Shown here: piece after piece, positions 13,752 to 27,090 of the stretch
How the letters are laid out: every line of letters begins with the position of its first letter
Numbering within the stretch: the first letter of the stretch is position 1
NCBI GenBank assembly: GCA_003427395.1
Contig: BFEA01000011.1
Span: 1,135,912 to 1,199,911, forward strand
From: Chara braunii
Lineage: Eukaryota; Plantae; Charophyceae
Direction: 5' to 3'
Length of the DNA: 64,000 bases
The notes under the pieces: model-generated
Told to the model about the DNA's origin: nothing
The model's input: the letters and a program-made list of their open reading frames with translations, nothing else
The model's database searches: none
Position numbers and translations under genes: made by a program

Positions 13752-14464
13752 GGTTACCTGACCGAACGTTCGGGGTCCCGTTCGGGGGCCGAACACCTCC
13801 AAGTTCGACCCCCGCCAAAAAATGTTTCGGGGCTTACAAATAAGTTTTTTTTTGTGAATTGTTTTTTGTGAGTTCTCTATGATGTAACCTACACGCCTAT
13901 AAATTTTGAAGCCAGTATGCTCAGCCAAAAAAAAAAAAAAAATCGTCAAAGATGGGGGTGTCAAAACGTGCTCGCCCACTCACTATTTTGTTTTTTTTTC
14001 ACTTTTAACTTTTTGTTTTCGCTTTATTTCAGGGCCTAAAAACTTTTATTAATTTTTGAACAATTTTGAATGAGTTATTGATTATGTAAACTACATATCT
14101 GTAAATTTTCAGGGCATTTGTAAATGCCAAAAAATAATTAAAAATCGGCAAAGATGGCGGTGTCGAAAAGGTACTTCCACACTCACTCATTTTAATTCTC
14201 TTTTTATTTTTTCTTATTTTTNNNNNNNNNNNNNNNNNNNNNNNNNNNNNNNNNNNNNNNNNNNNNNNNNNNNNNNNNNNNNNNNNNNNNNNNNNNNNNN
14301 NNNNNNNNNNNNNNNNNNNNNNNNNNNNNNNNNNNNNNNNNNNNNNNNNNNNNNNNNNNNNNNNNNNCTGCGTTCGGCCCGAACGATCGAACGCCTTCCG
14401 AAGGGGTCCCGTACGTTCGGGTGTTCGAGTTCGGGCGTTCGGCCCATCCCGAACGTCGGCAACC
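13752..14464. mobile_element. MITE-like element inserted in (TA)n
   Basis: Termini GGTTACC...GGCAACC; CCGAAC/GTTCGG subterminal motifs; internal sequence shared with 60521-61050 and 61618-62117; spans an N gap. Confidence 0.7.
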
Positions 14465-14557
14465 GTGTATATATATATATATTTGTTTGATGATACATAT
14501 GTATATATACTTCTCCCTCTTTGCCTATGGTTTACCGGATAGCTCTATTTGACTCTA

Positions 14558-14657
<100 letters not shown>

Positions 14658-15312
14658 TCGTCGAACAGAGCTGATTGGTATACCGTAGGCAAAGAGGGAG
14701 AAAAGGACAACAAACGATGGTCACACCGATGGGAGCAGACGTTTGGGGGTAGCCCACTGCTCGTCCACAACCATGTTCTTCCACAACCATGGTAGCCTGT
14801 ACGCTGCGTTGCACGCCGCCGTTTCCCCACTCAACTCCCTTCAAGGGCTAATGAAAATGAAGTCTCTGCGAAAAGACTTTAATACTCTTGGACGCTCTCG
14901 TGAGAATAATGCACTCGCCCGCGTGAACGCCACAAAGCCCCTCCGTCGAATTCCACACCACCCACTAAACACACTTGCACGCGAAGAGTTATACAATGCA
15001 GAACAATTATGCGTGTTCGTCTAGTCGGACTCATCAGACGCCAGGTACTTCCAAAAATAAGAGACATGGTCGTACCGATGACAGTGGGCGTCCGGGGGTA
15101 ACCCAATGTGCTTTCACGACCCTGGTAGCCTGTACGGTACGCACACGCTGCCTCTTCCCCACACAACTCCCTACAAGGGCTAATGAAGATGTAATCTCCG
15201 CAAAAAGACTTTAATACTCTATGAGACTTTGATGCTCTTGCAAGAATGACGCACTTCCTCGCGCCAACGCCCCAAAGCCACTACGTCAAATTCCATAGTC
15301 TTGAACAATTAT

Positions 15313-15353
15313 GTGTGTTTCATCCCGTCGAACTCATCAGTGGCGAGATACGC
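15313..15353 (-). ncRNA. Hammerhead ribozyme type III (catalytic boxes intact, stems drifted)
   Basis: Minus strand GCGTAT-C-TCGCCA-CTGATGA-GTTC GACG GGAT-GAA-ACACAC. Confidence 0.7.
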
Positions 15354-16277
15354 CCAAAATTAAGAGACACGGTCCGCACCGATGGCAGTAGACGCCTGGG
15401 GGTAACCCAATGCTCTTCAGAGACCATGGTAGCCTGTAAGCTGCGCCACACGCTGGGGTAATGAATATGTAGTCTCCACAAAAAGACTTTAATACTCTAG
15501 GAGTCTCTCGCGAGAATAACGCATTCCCTCTCGTGAACGCCACAAAGCTGCTCCTTCGAATTCCACACCACCCACTAAACACACTTGCACACGAAGAGCT
15601 CTGCAATGTCGAACAATTATGCGTATTTCGTGTCGTCGGACTCATTTGTGGCCAGACACGCCCAAAAAGAAGCGAACGGTGGCACTGATGGCAGTAAGCG
15701 GTTGGGGTAACCCAATGCTCTTCCACGACCATTGTAACCTGTACGCTTCACCAAACGCTGCCACGTCCTCGCTCAACTCCCTACAAGGGCTAATGGAGAT
15801 GTAGTCTCTACAAAAATACTTTAATACTCGACAACTCTCTCGCGAGAATAACGTACTTCTTCATGCGAAAGCCAAAAAGCCTCTCGGTCGAATCACACAC
15901 CACCCACTAAACACAGTTGCACGAGAAGAGTTATGCAGTGCCAAACAACTATGAGTGTTTTGCGCCGTCGGAGTCATGAGTGGCCAAACACGCCCAAAAA
16001 TAAGAGATACGGTCGCATCCGTGGCAGTCGGTGGTTGGGGGTAACCCAATGCTCTTCCACGACCATCGTAGTCTGTACGCTGCGCCACACGCCGCCTCGA
16101 CCCTGCTCAACTCCCTATAAGGGCTAATGAAGATGTAGTCTCCGCAAAAATACTTTACTACTCTACGACTCTCTCGAGAGAAGGACGCACTCCCTCGCAC
16201 CAACACCGCAAAGCTGCTTCCTCACCACCAACTAAACACCCTTGCACATGAAGAGTTGTGTAGTGTCGAACAATTAT

Positions 16278-16318
16278 GAGTGTTTCGTCCCGTCAGACTC
16301 ATCAGTGGATAGACTCAC
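16278..16318 (-). ncRNA. Hammerhead ribozyme type III (intact core and helix II)
   Basis: Minus strand GTGAGT-C-TATCCA-CTGATGA-GTCT GACG GGAC-GAA-ACACTC; GUC cleavage triplet. Confidence 0.8.
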
Positions 16319-16907
16319 CCAAAAATAAGAGACACGGTGGCACCGATGACAGTAGACGCCTGGGGGTAACCGAATGCTCTTCCACGACCATGGTAGCCTG
16401 TACGATGTGCCACACGCCGCCTCGTCGCTGCTCAACTCCCTACAAGGGCTAATGAAGATGTAGTCTCCGCAAAACAACTTAAATACTCTACGACGCGCTT
16501 GCGAGAATGACGCACTCCCTCGTGCCAATGCCGCAAAGCCAGTCCGTCGAATTCCACAATGCCGAACAATTATGCGTGTTTTGTCTCGCCGAACGCATCA
16601 ATGGCCAAACACGCCCAAAAATAAGAGACACGGTGGTACCAATGACAGTAGGCGCCTATGGGTAACTCAATGCTCTTCCACAACTATCATAGCCTGTACG
16701 TTGCGCCACACGTCGCCGCGTCCCTGCTCAACTCCCTACAAGGGCTAATGAAGATGTAGTTTGCACAAAAAAACTTCAACAGTGTACGATGGTCGTGCGA
16801 GAATGACGCACTCCCTCTCGCGAACGCCGCAAAGCTGGTCCGTCGAATTCCATACCACCCACCTAACACACTTGCACACAAAGAGTTGTGCAGTGTTGAA
16901 CAATTAT

Positions 16908-16948
16908 GCGTGTTTTGTCCCGTCAAACTCATCAGTGGCCAGACATGC
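16908..16948 (-). ncRNA. Hammerhead ribozyme type III (G12>A, probably inactive)
   Basis: Minus strand GCATGT-C-TGGCCA-CTGATGA-GTTT GACG GGAC-AAA-ACACGC; retains the palindromic TGGCCA helix I. Confidence 0.7.
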
Positions 16949-17066
16949 CCACAATAAGAGACATGGTCGCACTGATGGCAGCAAATGCTTGGGGGTAACC
17001 CAATGCTCTTCCACAAGTATGGTAGCTTGCATGTTGCGCCTGTAAGCTCCGCCAGATTGGCAATGT

Positions 17067-20000
17067 GTGGCCAGAAGATATTTGAACATCCGAGTTGGTC
17101 TTGGTGAATTTTCTGCCCTTGCTGATGACGGGGCAATAGATAAAGATGCGATTGAGGCTGGTGTGCAGATCAATCGTAATGATTACGGGTTTCTGGTTGG
17201 AGCAAGCGGTTCGACTCTATTCTGTGGCATAGCCAATGGCGTGGTGGTCACAGTTGAAATAGCCAAAGCTCGAGTTGATTTTTATATTTATCCAAAGATG
17301 GATCACGAGGTGCTTCTGGGGCGATCGTTTTTGTGTGGGACAGAGAGCCTTGTGATCAACAAACACGATGGCACTTTGTTCATGGCTTTATGCGATCCGG
17401 TCTGTGGATATTACCAAGTGGTGAGATGTACAAACATAGGCCGGAGAATTTGCGTCATCGGTTGAGTCCCGGATCATATAACTTTCTGGAATCGGAAAGA
17501 TTGAGGACAGAAAATGAGTCATTTGAGGAGTATGATCCTCAAGATTTTTTTTTGACATTGTCTGATATATCACAGACAATTAATTTTGTATCAACATACC
17601 CTGCGATTGATCCTAGCTTGGTGCAAACTTTCATAGAGGTCGTGACTGAGGAAGGAGGTGCAGGGACTATGCACCTCGTGTATCGGTCGAATGACTCTCG
17701 TGGAGAGGAGTCACAACCTTCGGCTAGGCAAGGGTCTTTTTTAGAGGGCGGAAACTCGATGTAGGGTCAAAGAGGAAACATAAGAAAGTAGCTGAGAACT
17801 CTCTAGAGGGCGAAGACTCGGTGTTTGGTCAAAGCGAAAACATAAGAAAATAACTGAGAATGCTCAGCCTATGCTCGTCTTAGTCACTCGGGATAGGGAA
17901 GTATATTACAAGGAAAAACGTGACTGAATGAAGACGATGAAAAAGATGGGGGAAAAAGGACCGTATCGATTGACAAACGAAAGGATCAAGGAGATGATCA
18001 TTGGAGAAGAAGGGTTTCTCACTAAGGAGGAAGTTAATTTTATTGTCGGCATTATGAAGAAGACTCATTTAGCTTCTGTTTTCGATGATGACGAGCGTGA
18101 AAGGTTAGATGTCGACATGATCCCAATGATTCGGATTTACACAATACCTCATCAACTGTGGAATATAAGGGGTTCACGTTATCTGAATCCCGAGGATCAC
18201 CACAAGGTTGTTGATTACCTTGACAAAAAGATTCAGACCAAAGTGTCTGATTATTCATATGGACCGTATGGATCTTTTTGGTTATGTTTCATTAAACCAA
18301 ACAGTATTTTGCGTTGGGTTCAGGACCTGTAGAAGTTGAACTCTGTGACGGTTCGTGATGCGGGCGGGATTCTAAATGCTAATCAACTATTAGAGTCTTG
18401 CTAGTGTGCAAGATGACCCATCATCACCCTTTCTGATTTGTATTTTAAATATGATTTGTTCCCTTTGTATAAAGCAGATCGGCCTATAAACGCTATGCAT
18501 ACGCCTAGGGGACTGATTCATATATGTGTGGCGCCTCAGTGATAAATGAATATTGCAGATATTGTTCATAGGCATATGATGAAACTCATGCAAATGCTTT
18601 GTCCGCACGTGACTTCACCATATATCGATGATCGGGTCATCCCAAAACCTCGTATTAAAGATGAGACAAAAGGGTTGTATGACGTTCGAAGGTTCGTTTG
18701 AGAACACATCTGTAATGTATAGAGATCCTGAAGAAATTGAAGGAGTTAATCTAAAGGCTAGTGGGGTTAAATCAAGACATTGAATGAGGGAAACAATTAT
18801 TCTGGGTTTCTTTTGTAATGAGAAGGTCCCGAACTAATAAAATATTGGAGTGGCCAACCCCTTTCATGTCCATTACTGATGTTCGAAGCTTCCTTGGAAC
18901 TTGTAGGTTCTGACGTATAATTTGTATCCGCAAGTTCGCGGCGAGAGTGAAACACTTGCGAAAGTAAGTATGCAAAAATCGGATATGGGAATTGGGAGTG
19001 AAGTAGCAGACGACCATTGAGGATATCAAGGCTGGATTTCAGGAAGGTGGTTTGATCCTAGCAGTTCCTTACTTTGATGATGACACATGACGTCCTTTCA
19101 TCATTGAAACAGATGCGGGTCCCACGACTTTGGCTGGGGTCCTTATTCAAAAGGATGAGGAAGGACGAGAGTGACCCTTGAGATTCGAAAGCAAAACTCT
19201 AAATATTGTTGAGCGAAACTATTCCCTGTTAAAAAAAAAACTCTTGCGGTGCTTCATTGTCTGTGTGTTTTCGGGAATTATGTATTTGGCAGCGTTTCAT
19301 TTTACGAGTTGATCCCAACACTTTGGTTCAATCACTCAAAAATTATTCTCCTTCCGATCCAACCATTGCTCGGTGGCTGACCTATATTTGAATGTTCATT
19401 CTTGAAATTGAGTGCATCTCAGGTACTCAAAATCGTGCAGATGGTTTGAGTTGTGTTAATTGGGACTCATCGACAAATTAGGCTGAGAATTCAATCATTT
19501 TCGATGGGTTCCTGGAAGCAGAAGAGTTACAGTTGAGTATCAACTCATATAATTATTTGACGGATGCAATGACTCGACATGAGAAAACCATTTGGAATGC
19601 TTCTGGTTTCCATCATGTGTGGTCAGAACTAGTGGTGGGGGAGCCATTCATTGAGGAGGACCCATGGGGAGAGAGGACCTTAGAGCAAATAATGAGTTTG
19701 ACTCTATCTGATGCCATTGAGCTTATAAAAGCGTCATTAACGATTGAGCATGGACACAAGCAAGTTGACGAATTTTGTAGGGTCTCTTGGAAGATGTCAT
19801 TCCTTATTAACTCTTTGGTTCATGAGGACTGTTTGAAGATGATGAACAACGAAGAAGAAAGAAGTGAGATCAGGGAATCTTTTCGAGAAGGAGAATATGA
19901 TGGGGAATATAAGTTGGTGCGAATGTGGTCGAATGAAGAATTGAAGGTAGATGAAGTGGATCCAGTTGTTCGCTAGAAAAGTAATGACTTCGTCATTCGA

Positions 20001-21072
20001 TATGGTCATCTTTTTGAAAAGTCCAACGATAACATTCCAAAGAGATTAGTATGAGGGGTTACACAACATCTTTATGTGATTGCAGTCTTGCATGACGGTG
20101 TGGCAGGCGGACATAGATTTGCGCGAGTCACATTGAAAAAGATTGAGCATCTTTATTTTTGGGAAGGGATGAGCAAAATGGGAAATGATTTTTATAAATC
20201 TTATCTTCCTTGCCGAAGACGATCTAATGTGTTTTTGTTGAGTCTCTTAATCCACGTTATGTAGCCGAGCCAGGAGTTGTGGTCCACCTTGATTTATTGC
20301 TCATACCGCATGGGTTAATGGGTACAGATATATCTTTGATGCAAGGGATAATCTAACTAGGTTCGTTGATCGCTGTGCCATTCACGAACGTACTGGACAG
20401 GTTTTAGAATGCATCAAAGAATTTTATCTCCGGTAACCGTTTGTCCGAAAATTTGTTATGGATCAAGGTGGTGAATTCCGGGTTGGGGAAGTACAGGTAC
20501 TCGGAGTAAGCTTTAACTATACTACAAGGGCACATCCCGAAGCGAATACGCTGGTTGAACGCGGACATGCCACTCTAACAAATTTGTTGGAAAAATGGAG
20601 TGTGGATAAACTGTCCAGATGACCAATATATTTGAGAACGTCGTTTTTTGTTAAAAATATCACTATTAAGCGAACAACTAGGTATGTTTCAATCACATTA
20701 CGTTTTGGACAGTATGCAACTTTTTCGATCAAAAGTTTTTCGACTAATTGGTGGAAACAAGATGTGGAGACCGAAGAAAGGGTTGAGAAGACCCTTGCGT
20801 CTACTGCTGATAGTAGATGAGCGGATAAGGAACAATGGAACAAACAACCTCGTATTCGTAAAAAATCGTTGGAAGTTAGAGATATTGTTCTCCTTTATGA
20901 CACGTCGTTGGAAAAACAGTGGTATCGAAAATTGGATAGTCGATGGTTGGGACCTTACCGTATTGTTAAAAGATCTGAGCATGGGGCCTATAAGATTGAA
21001 GAGATGTATAAGAATCGAGAGCGAAACTATGTATTAGCATCGCATTTGCGAAAATTCATTTCAAGGGTGTGA
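17067..21072 (+). pseudogene. pol: Degenerate Ty3/gypsy pol (protease-RT-RNase H-integrase)
   Basis: Protease-like ALADDG...VLLGRSFL; RT GPYGSFWLCFIKPNSILRWVQDL and SPYIDD (~18615-18632); RNase H IIETDAG; integrase HDGVAGGH...YFWEGM..., HPEANTLVERGH; GPY/F RWLGPYRI; many stops and frameshifts. Confidence 0.92.
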
Positions 21073-21158
21073 TAAAGGTTGTCAGAAAACATAAAATTTT
21101 GCTGAGAAAAAGGTGGATTATGTTTGGGACAATTAATTACTAACTATTATCTAAGGTC

Positions 21159-21180
21159 GGACAAAGGGGGATGTCACTTT
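21159..21180 (+). promoter_or_regulatory. Polypurine tract and start (TG at 21172) of the 3' LTR of the plus-strand gypsy remnant
   Basis: GGACAAAGGGGGA|TGTCAC about 100 bp after the integrase stop; the other end of this LTR was not identified. Confidence 0.7.
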
Positions 21181-21252
21181 GGACTTTTTTGATTAAGATT
21201 TGGATTAATTTGGAGAGTGTGGTTCCATCTTTTGTAAATAATTAATAATAAC

Positions 21253-21575
21253 CTGTGTAGTATGGCGAACATGTTCGCACCCCTTCACATTCGTGCAAAC
21301 AGCTCGCGAACATGTTCGGACGAACATTTTGTTTTCGTAAAAAAAAATAAAAATAAAAATTATTTTTCAGTTTTTAATTTTTGACTCATGATTGACTACG
21401 AATTTGAACATGACTCCAATGCAAAAGTTACTTGTATTGCTATTTTACATAACATATAGTTTTTTCATATTTTTTTATGATTTTTTTGTTTTTTTAATAT
21501 TTTTTGGGTTCGCGTTCGGAAGGTTTTCGACGCTTGTTCGCGTTCGCCTCCGAACGCAAACACAGTGCTACGTAG
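21253..21575. mobile_element. MITE, hAT-like
   Basis: Termini CTGTGTAGTA...TGCTACGTAG (imperfect); 8-bp TSD ATAATAAC / ATAATATC; GCGAAC/GTTCGC subterminal motifs. Confidence 0.7.
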
Positions 21576-21929
21576 ATAATATCTAGGACTTTTGTTTTGT
21601 ATAATTTTTTTGTTAAACTTCATGGATGGATTCATAATAGTTATTTTACTCTTAATTTTGTATGAATTTATTTATCATTTTTTCGATGAAATGAAATGCA
21701 AATTTATGAATATTTTTGGACTGGAACGTTATCGAACTCTCGGTGAAAAATGTATGTTGTTATTTGATGTACATTTTTTATGTAAAAGTTTTTAGGACGA
21801 TGTTATATAACTTGCATTATATGCTTGCAAAATAACACTGTGTATTATTCGCAGAGGCATGTATTGCAACTATTTATCATAACCTAAAATTTTCATAATG
21901 TGTTGGTATCATAAAGTGATGAGTCCTGA

Positions 21930-22310
21930 TGCAGTGAGCTTCGTAAATGGTAGTGAGGCCCACGCCAGAACTGTGAGTGGGATGTTGTCACTTTTGGTTT
22001 ATAAGGAAAGTGGTTACACTATCATTTAAAGGGAGGGAGACGTCATTGTGGTTGTTGAAATCTTGCTTGTGAGGGTGACGATTGTCGCTCGCCATGGGGA
22101 AAGGAGTGGTTACCTTTGCCTTGTGTCGAGTGAGGTCGCCTTGTCCTTATGGCCGGGTCTAACCAGCCTATGTCATAGAGAAGGGGTAATTCAACCTTAC
22201 GAGTAGAGGGCTAGCAGAAACATGACACTTTAATCTGAGGGAATATGGTGAGACTTGAGTCTAAATCGGGGCTCGACATCGAAATGTTATCCCTTATGTG
22301 CATTACACGG
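21930..22310 (+). repeat. Dispersed repeat homologous to ~56200-56605
   Basis: Shared blocks such as GTGAGRCCCACGCC...GAGTGGGRTGTTGTCAC and CGGGGCTCGA...ATGTTATCCCTTA...ATTACAC. Confidence 0.65.
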
Positions 22311-23009
22311 CTTCTCGACGCATATCACAAGGCATGCAGGAAAAACATCTTGCGTAATGGCTTAAAGTTGGAGTGGGATGCAAAACCTAGACAACGACTT
22401 AGATTAATGTTTTCTTTCATGAATGGTTGGTTCAAATTTTGTCAAGATCACCGAAGAGGTTGATTATTTTGAAAGACCCGTTAGGGGGTTAATTCTAACG
22501 TTTTTTATTTTTATTTTTTATGAATGGATGTATCAGCCAAATGAGTTTTCGTTCTGAGACTACCCGGATGGCTTCCAGTACCATTATGAGAGATTATATA
22601 TTTTTCCAGTGACCGCTCGTGGGATGATGCTAGAGCCATTCAGACAAAGATCTTCGAATATTTTAGTAATTTCGAAATATGATCCGGTATATAATTTCAA
22701 ATTTGAGTTAAAGGCTTGCTAAAGGCTATACCTCGTACCATTCCAATAAAAAGTATTTTATTTTGAAATGCGGAGAAAAAAACTCGGATTTTTTCGATAT
22801 AATCTTCGACTTAATTTCGATTGAGAAATTTTGTTGTAATTTTTACAGAGATGTTCCATAAGCATCCAGAAAGTCCTATATTGCTCGGTCATGTAGGAAA
22901 AAAAAAATGGGTGAATAACGGGGACGTCGTTCAATGGAGCCCGGGAATGGTGTCGAGGCAAAAACCCTAATAAGGGGATCTGCTCGGAAACTTTCTACGT
23001 CGGGCGGGC

Positions 23010-23340
23010 ATTGCGACTTGTACGCACCCTCGTACGAGTACGGTTCGTACTCCTGTACTCGTACGCTAGAGGCCCCGTATCATTTTTTTTTTTTAATCTG
23101 ATATTGTTTTATTTTTTTTCCTCAAATTCTAATAAGACTCTGCAGATGATGCTCAACCAAATGTTGCTTGTTTTCTGTTGCTGCATCACATATCATTTTT
23201 TCGGATTGTGTTGACTTTTTTTTTTCGTACGGGGCCGTAAAAAGTGTACGGGTCCCCGTACAGATCCCCTACAAATATTACCTGTATATTTCGTACGGAA
23301 AGGCCCCGTACGTGTACATTATGCAACGTAGTGTCGAGCA
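23010..23340. mobile_element. MITE-like foldback element (copy at 62118-62440)
   Basis: ACTTGTACGCACCCTCGTACGA...GATGATGCTCA.CCAAATGTTG...TTCGTACGGGG shared with 62118-62440; exact termini and TSD unresolved. Confidence 0.65.
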
Positions 23341-24591
23341 CTATCTGATGAACGTTAGAATTTCGACTTAGAAGAATAGGTTAATTCTTAGAAGGTTGTC
23401 TTATCTTTGCGCTTTGAATTTAATTTCTGACGTTCAAAATAAGGAGTGGACTTATGGTCAGACACTCTCGCAATTGGTGGCGTGCGGAAGAGTGAGTTTC
23501 AATTTTTTTAGAATGTGCGGTCAGGTCGCCACACGATTTAGATCTTTTTGACGGTGAGAAAAGGTCGGCCGTGAAGTTTTCACGCTCTAGTCCATATGTT
23601 TATGTTTTTTTAGGAACAAACCATCCGGGGCCCAAATCCGGACTTGCGGCTAAAGGGGTGGCTTATCGGGCCCACCTGACTAAGCCCCAACTTATTCGAT
23701 GGCGGGGCAACAACCATTCGACTAGGTGAGGCAGTTTGGGGCTGCCTAGTCCTGAGGCTGGGTGACCTACTGGGCAACAAGTCTTCAAATAGAAGACTTG
23801 CGAGTCTAGTTTTCGTGAAAAGGAGCTAGCCCAATAGGTTATAACATCAAGTTTTCACCCAATAGGTGCGGGGATTGAACCCGACAACACCCTACTGGGA
23901 TGACTCCTTTTAGAGCGGCCGTAGGGAAAAAAGGTCCGACGTGGCCGATTTCGGTCGCACGATTTGTAAGATCGCACAACCTGAAACAACCGCGCGGACA
24001 TAAGATTGTCCGTGCGCAAGTATGACATGCAAAAATCGAGAAAGGTCCAAAATATTTTTTTCGATCCCCAACTTAGCGCAGAGGTGTCATAATGTGATCG
24101 TTAGCTGAGGCCAACGAAAAAAATAAAGAAAAAAATTGACGAGACAAAAATCGCAGCGCCAGATGACGAGACAAAAATTGACTGGGGCATTTACTCCCGA
24201 GTGCAGTTGTCGGTGCTTATTTTAAATAGGAGGCCGTTCTCTCTTTCAAGGTAATATTTCTTTTTTTCTTTCTTGTTTTTTTCTATAGATCTTTAATTTT
24301 TTTTTATTTTTTTTTTTCATATTTCTTCTTTTAGATTTATCTTAGATTCTTTGTTTTTTTGAAAGTTTTTTTTTCCCCCTCTCTTTTGGAGTGTGCAATC
24401 TGGGTGCAAAACGAACGGGTTTAGTTTTCCATCGGCAGGATGAGCAACGCGCCAACCAACAGGTAAGTTTCCAACTCCGTGGCTGGCTTCACGCTACTTC
24501 TATCAATGGGATGGCCGAAATCGAATGAATCTACACGCTAGAACATGAAAATATACATTGCTACACTTGTGTGTGTGTGTGTGCATGTGTA

Positions 24592-24657
<66 letters not shown>

Positions 24658-25053
24658 AGAAGAGAAAGAGAGAAAGAGAGAGAGGGAGAAAGAGAGATAG
24701 AGAGAGGGAGAGAGGGAGAACAGATAAGTCTCCTACCTGGCGGCTGACCTCACGCTACTTCTATCGACATGATGAGCAAAATCGAAATGAATCTTCATGC
24801 AGAGCATGAAAATATACACGGCCACATTCTTGGATCCCCCCTTCCGTGCGTGCCAAGGGAGTGCGCTCATTCATTTTTAAAAACGGGCAGCACTCTTGGG
24901 CCGCGCGCCTGAATCCGGCACCCATCTTGTGCCAGATACAGGCGTGGGGCAGGGGAAAGAAAACCCTGACTCGGATGAGCCTGACTTTAGTTCGGCTCCA
25001 TGAAATAATGGGGCGCTTGTTCGTTTTCAAACGACGAGCGGCCCCTCACAACA

Positions 25054-25091
<38 letters not shown>

Positions 25092-26870
25092 GTAATAATA
25101 ATAATAATAATAATATTAATAATAATATTAATAATAATAAAATATATACATATATGTAAGGAAAATAAAAGCAAGGGAAAGGGCAACAGTCGTGTATGCG
25201 GCCGCAATAGTGCCCTGAGTGCAGTCTGAATAGGCCTCAGTGTGACCACTCAGGCCAAAAGATGGAAGACTGAACAACCATTTTTGAGAATGACTAAGTT
25301 CAGTCTAAACGTGACGTACCTGCACCTAAAAATAATGTTAGGTACGTCATAGCTCTTCAAAGAATAATCAGAAGAAAAAAAAGAGAACGGGTTTTGGAAA
25401 TGGCAGGACGTTAGCTATCTCGTGAAAATCCGAGATAGCTGAGTCTAGGAAAGGGAAAAAGAAAATAGAGGCAGTTAAAAGTAACTGCCTCTCTAAGTGC
25501 GTGACCCTGATTGGGTCACATTGAGCCATTGATTTGACTCAAAATTCAGGGCCAAGATTGAGCCAGTGATTTCACTTGGGGTGAAGAAGTGATGGCCAGC
25601 TCCCTTCAACAACTATAAAACCCACCACTCCACCCAACAGCCTCACAAATATGGCAGTGTTGTCGAGGCTTTCACTCATTAAGTGCTTATGCTGGTGGAA
25701 GGGCGGTGTTGATGAAGGAGGAAGTGGAGGTCTGCAAGAAGTAGAAGAGTGGGGAACGGAAGCCATAGCCAAAGGTTGGGTGCTCATTGCCATACCCCTG
25801 CGATAGTGCTGCGACCGGTAGGCTGCGTCAGCATCCGATCGTGCAGAAAGTGGTGACGTGAGGGGAGGTGTTGTCCACAGTGTGACACTCTTTTTGGTGT
25901 GAGGAAGTGTTGTCTGTGGTACCAGGGAAGTGCCGTTTGTTTGCTGATACGGTGGACGTGCTGCAATTTTTTTTCTTAGTGTGTCGTCAACCTTTGAGGG
26001 GAGGTGCCGCTAAACTTGGGTGGCCATATTGATTTTGTTGTCAAGCATCGATGCTACCGAAATTGCACGGCGAAGTGGGTTTCTCGCAATGCTTTTGGAC
26101 AGCGGAAGTAGCGTTTGCCGGTGCAGCATTGGTGGTGTGGTCGTTGGAGTGCTGGCCAGGGTTGTCACGTGGGGATCCTCGGGCCCCAAGTCGGGATAGA
26201 TATTTCATCCCGGACCCCCGCCGCGGGGCTACTTCACCCCTAACCCCGCCAAAACACCCCCGNNNNNNNNNNNNNNNNNNNNNNNNNNNNNNNNNNNNNN
26301 NNNNNNNNNNNNNNNNNNNNNNNNNNNNNNNNNNNNNNNNNNNNNNNNNNNNNNNNNNNNNNNNNNNNNNNNNNNNNNNNNNNNNNNNNNNNNNNNNNNN
26401 NNNNNNNNNNNNNNNNNNNNNNNNNNNNNNNNNNNNNNNNNNNNNNNNNNNNNNNNNNNNNNNNNNNNNNNNNNNNNNNNNNNNNNNNNNNNNNNNNNNN
26501 NNNNNNNNNNNNNNNNNNNNNNNNNNNNNNNNNNNNNNNNNNNNNNNNNNNNNNNNNNNNNNNNNNNNNNNNNNNNNNNNNNNNNNNNNNNNNNNNNNNN
26601 NNNNNNNNNNNNNNNNNNNNNNNNNNNNNNNNNNNNNNNNNNNNNNNNNNNNNNNNNNNNNNNNNNNNNNNNNNNNNNNNNNNNNNNNNNNNNNNNNNNN
26701 NNNNNNNNNNNNNNNNNNNNNNNNNNNNNNNNNNNNNNNNNNNNNNNNNNNNNNNNNNNNNNNNNNNNNNNNNNNNNNNNNNNNNNNNNNNNNNNNNNNN
26801 NNNNNNNNNNNNNNNNNNNNNNNNNNNNNNNNNNNNNNNNNNNNNNNNNNNNNNNNNNNNNNNNNNNNNN

Positions 26871-27090
26871 GCCCCGCACCCGCAGCTACCCCGGTCCCAC
26901 TAGTGATGGGTGTGGCCCCGGGGGGGGTCCGGGTGGGGCAGAAAACCCCATTTTTTGGGTTTAGCCCATGGGTTGAGCCCCCGGGCCCGCACCCGCAGCT
27001 ACCCCAGTCCCACTAGTGGTGGGTGTGGCCCCGGTGGGGGTCCGGGGTGGGGCACAAAACCCAATTTTTTGGGTTTAGCCCACGGGGTGA
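26871..27090 (+). repeat. Two GC-rich ~113-bp tandem units beside a gap
   Basis: CCCGCACCCGCAGCTACCCC.GTCCCACTAGTG.TGGGTGTGGCCCCGG...TTTTTTGGGTTTAGCCCA occurs twice. Confidence 0.75.

Larger units (their letters stand above)
14716..17040 (-). repeat. Tandem array of ~300-335-bp units carrying hammerhead ribozymes (retrozyme-like)
   Basis: Marker GGGGTAACCCAATG recurs at ~14745, 15094, 15398, 15703, 16037, 16362, 16660, 16990; seven hammerhead copies start at 15011, 15313, 15621, 15953, 16278, 16574, 16908. Confidence 0.9.

Noticed and set aside
14716-17040. CRISPR-like array or GIY-YIG coding repeats (PPGVYCHRC...)
   Set aside because: Whole units are homologous with no unique spacers; frames are not maintained between units and downstream GIY-YIG motifs are absent.
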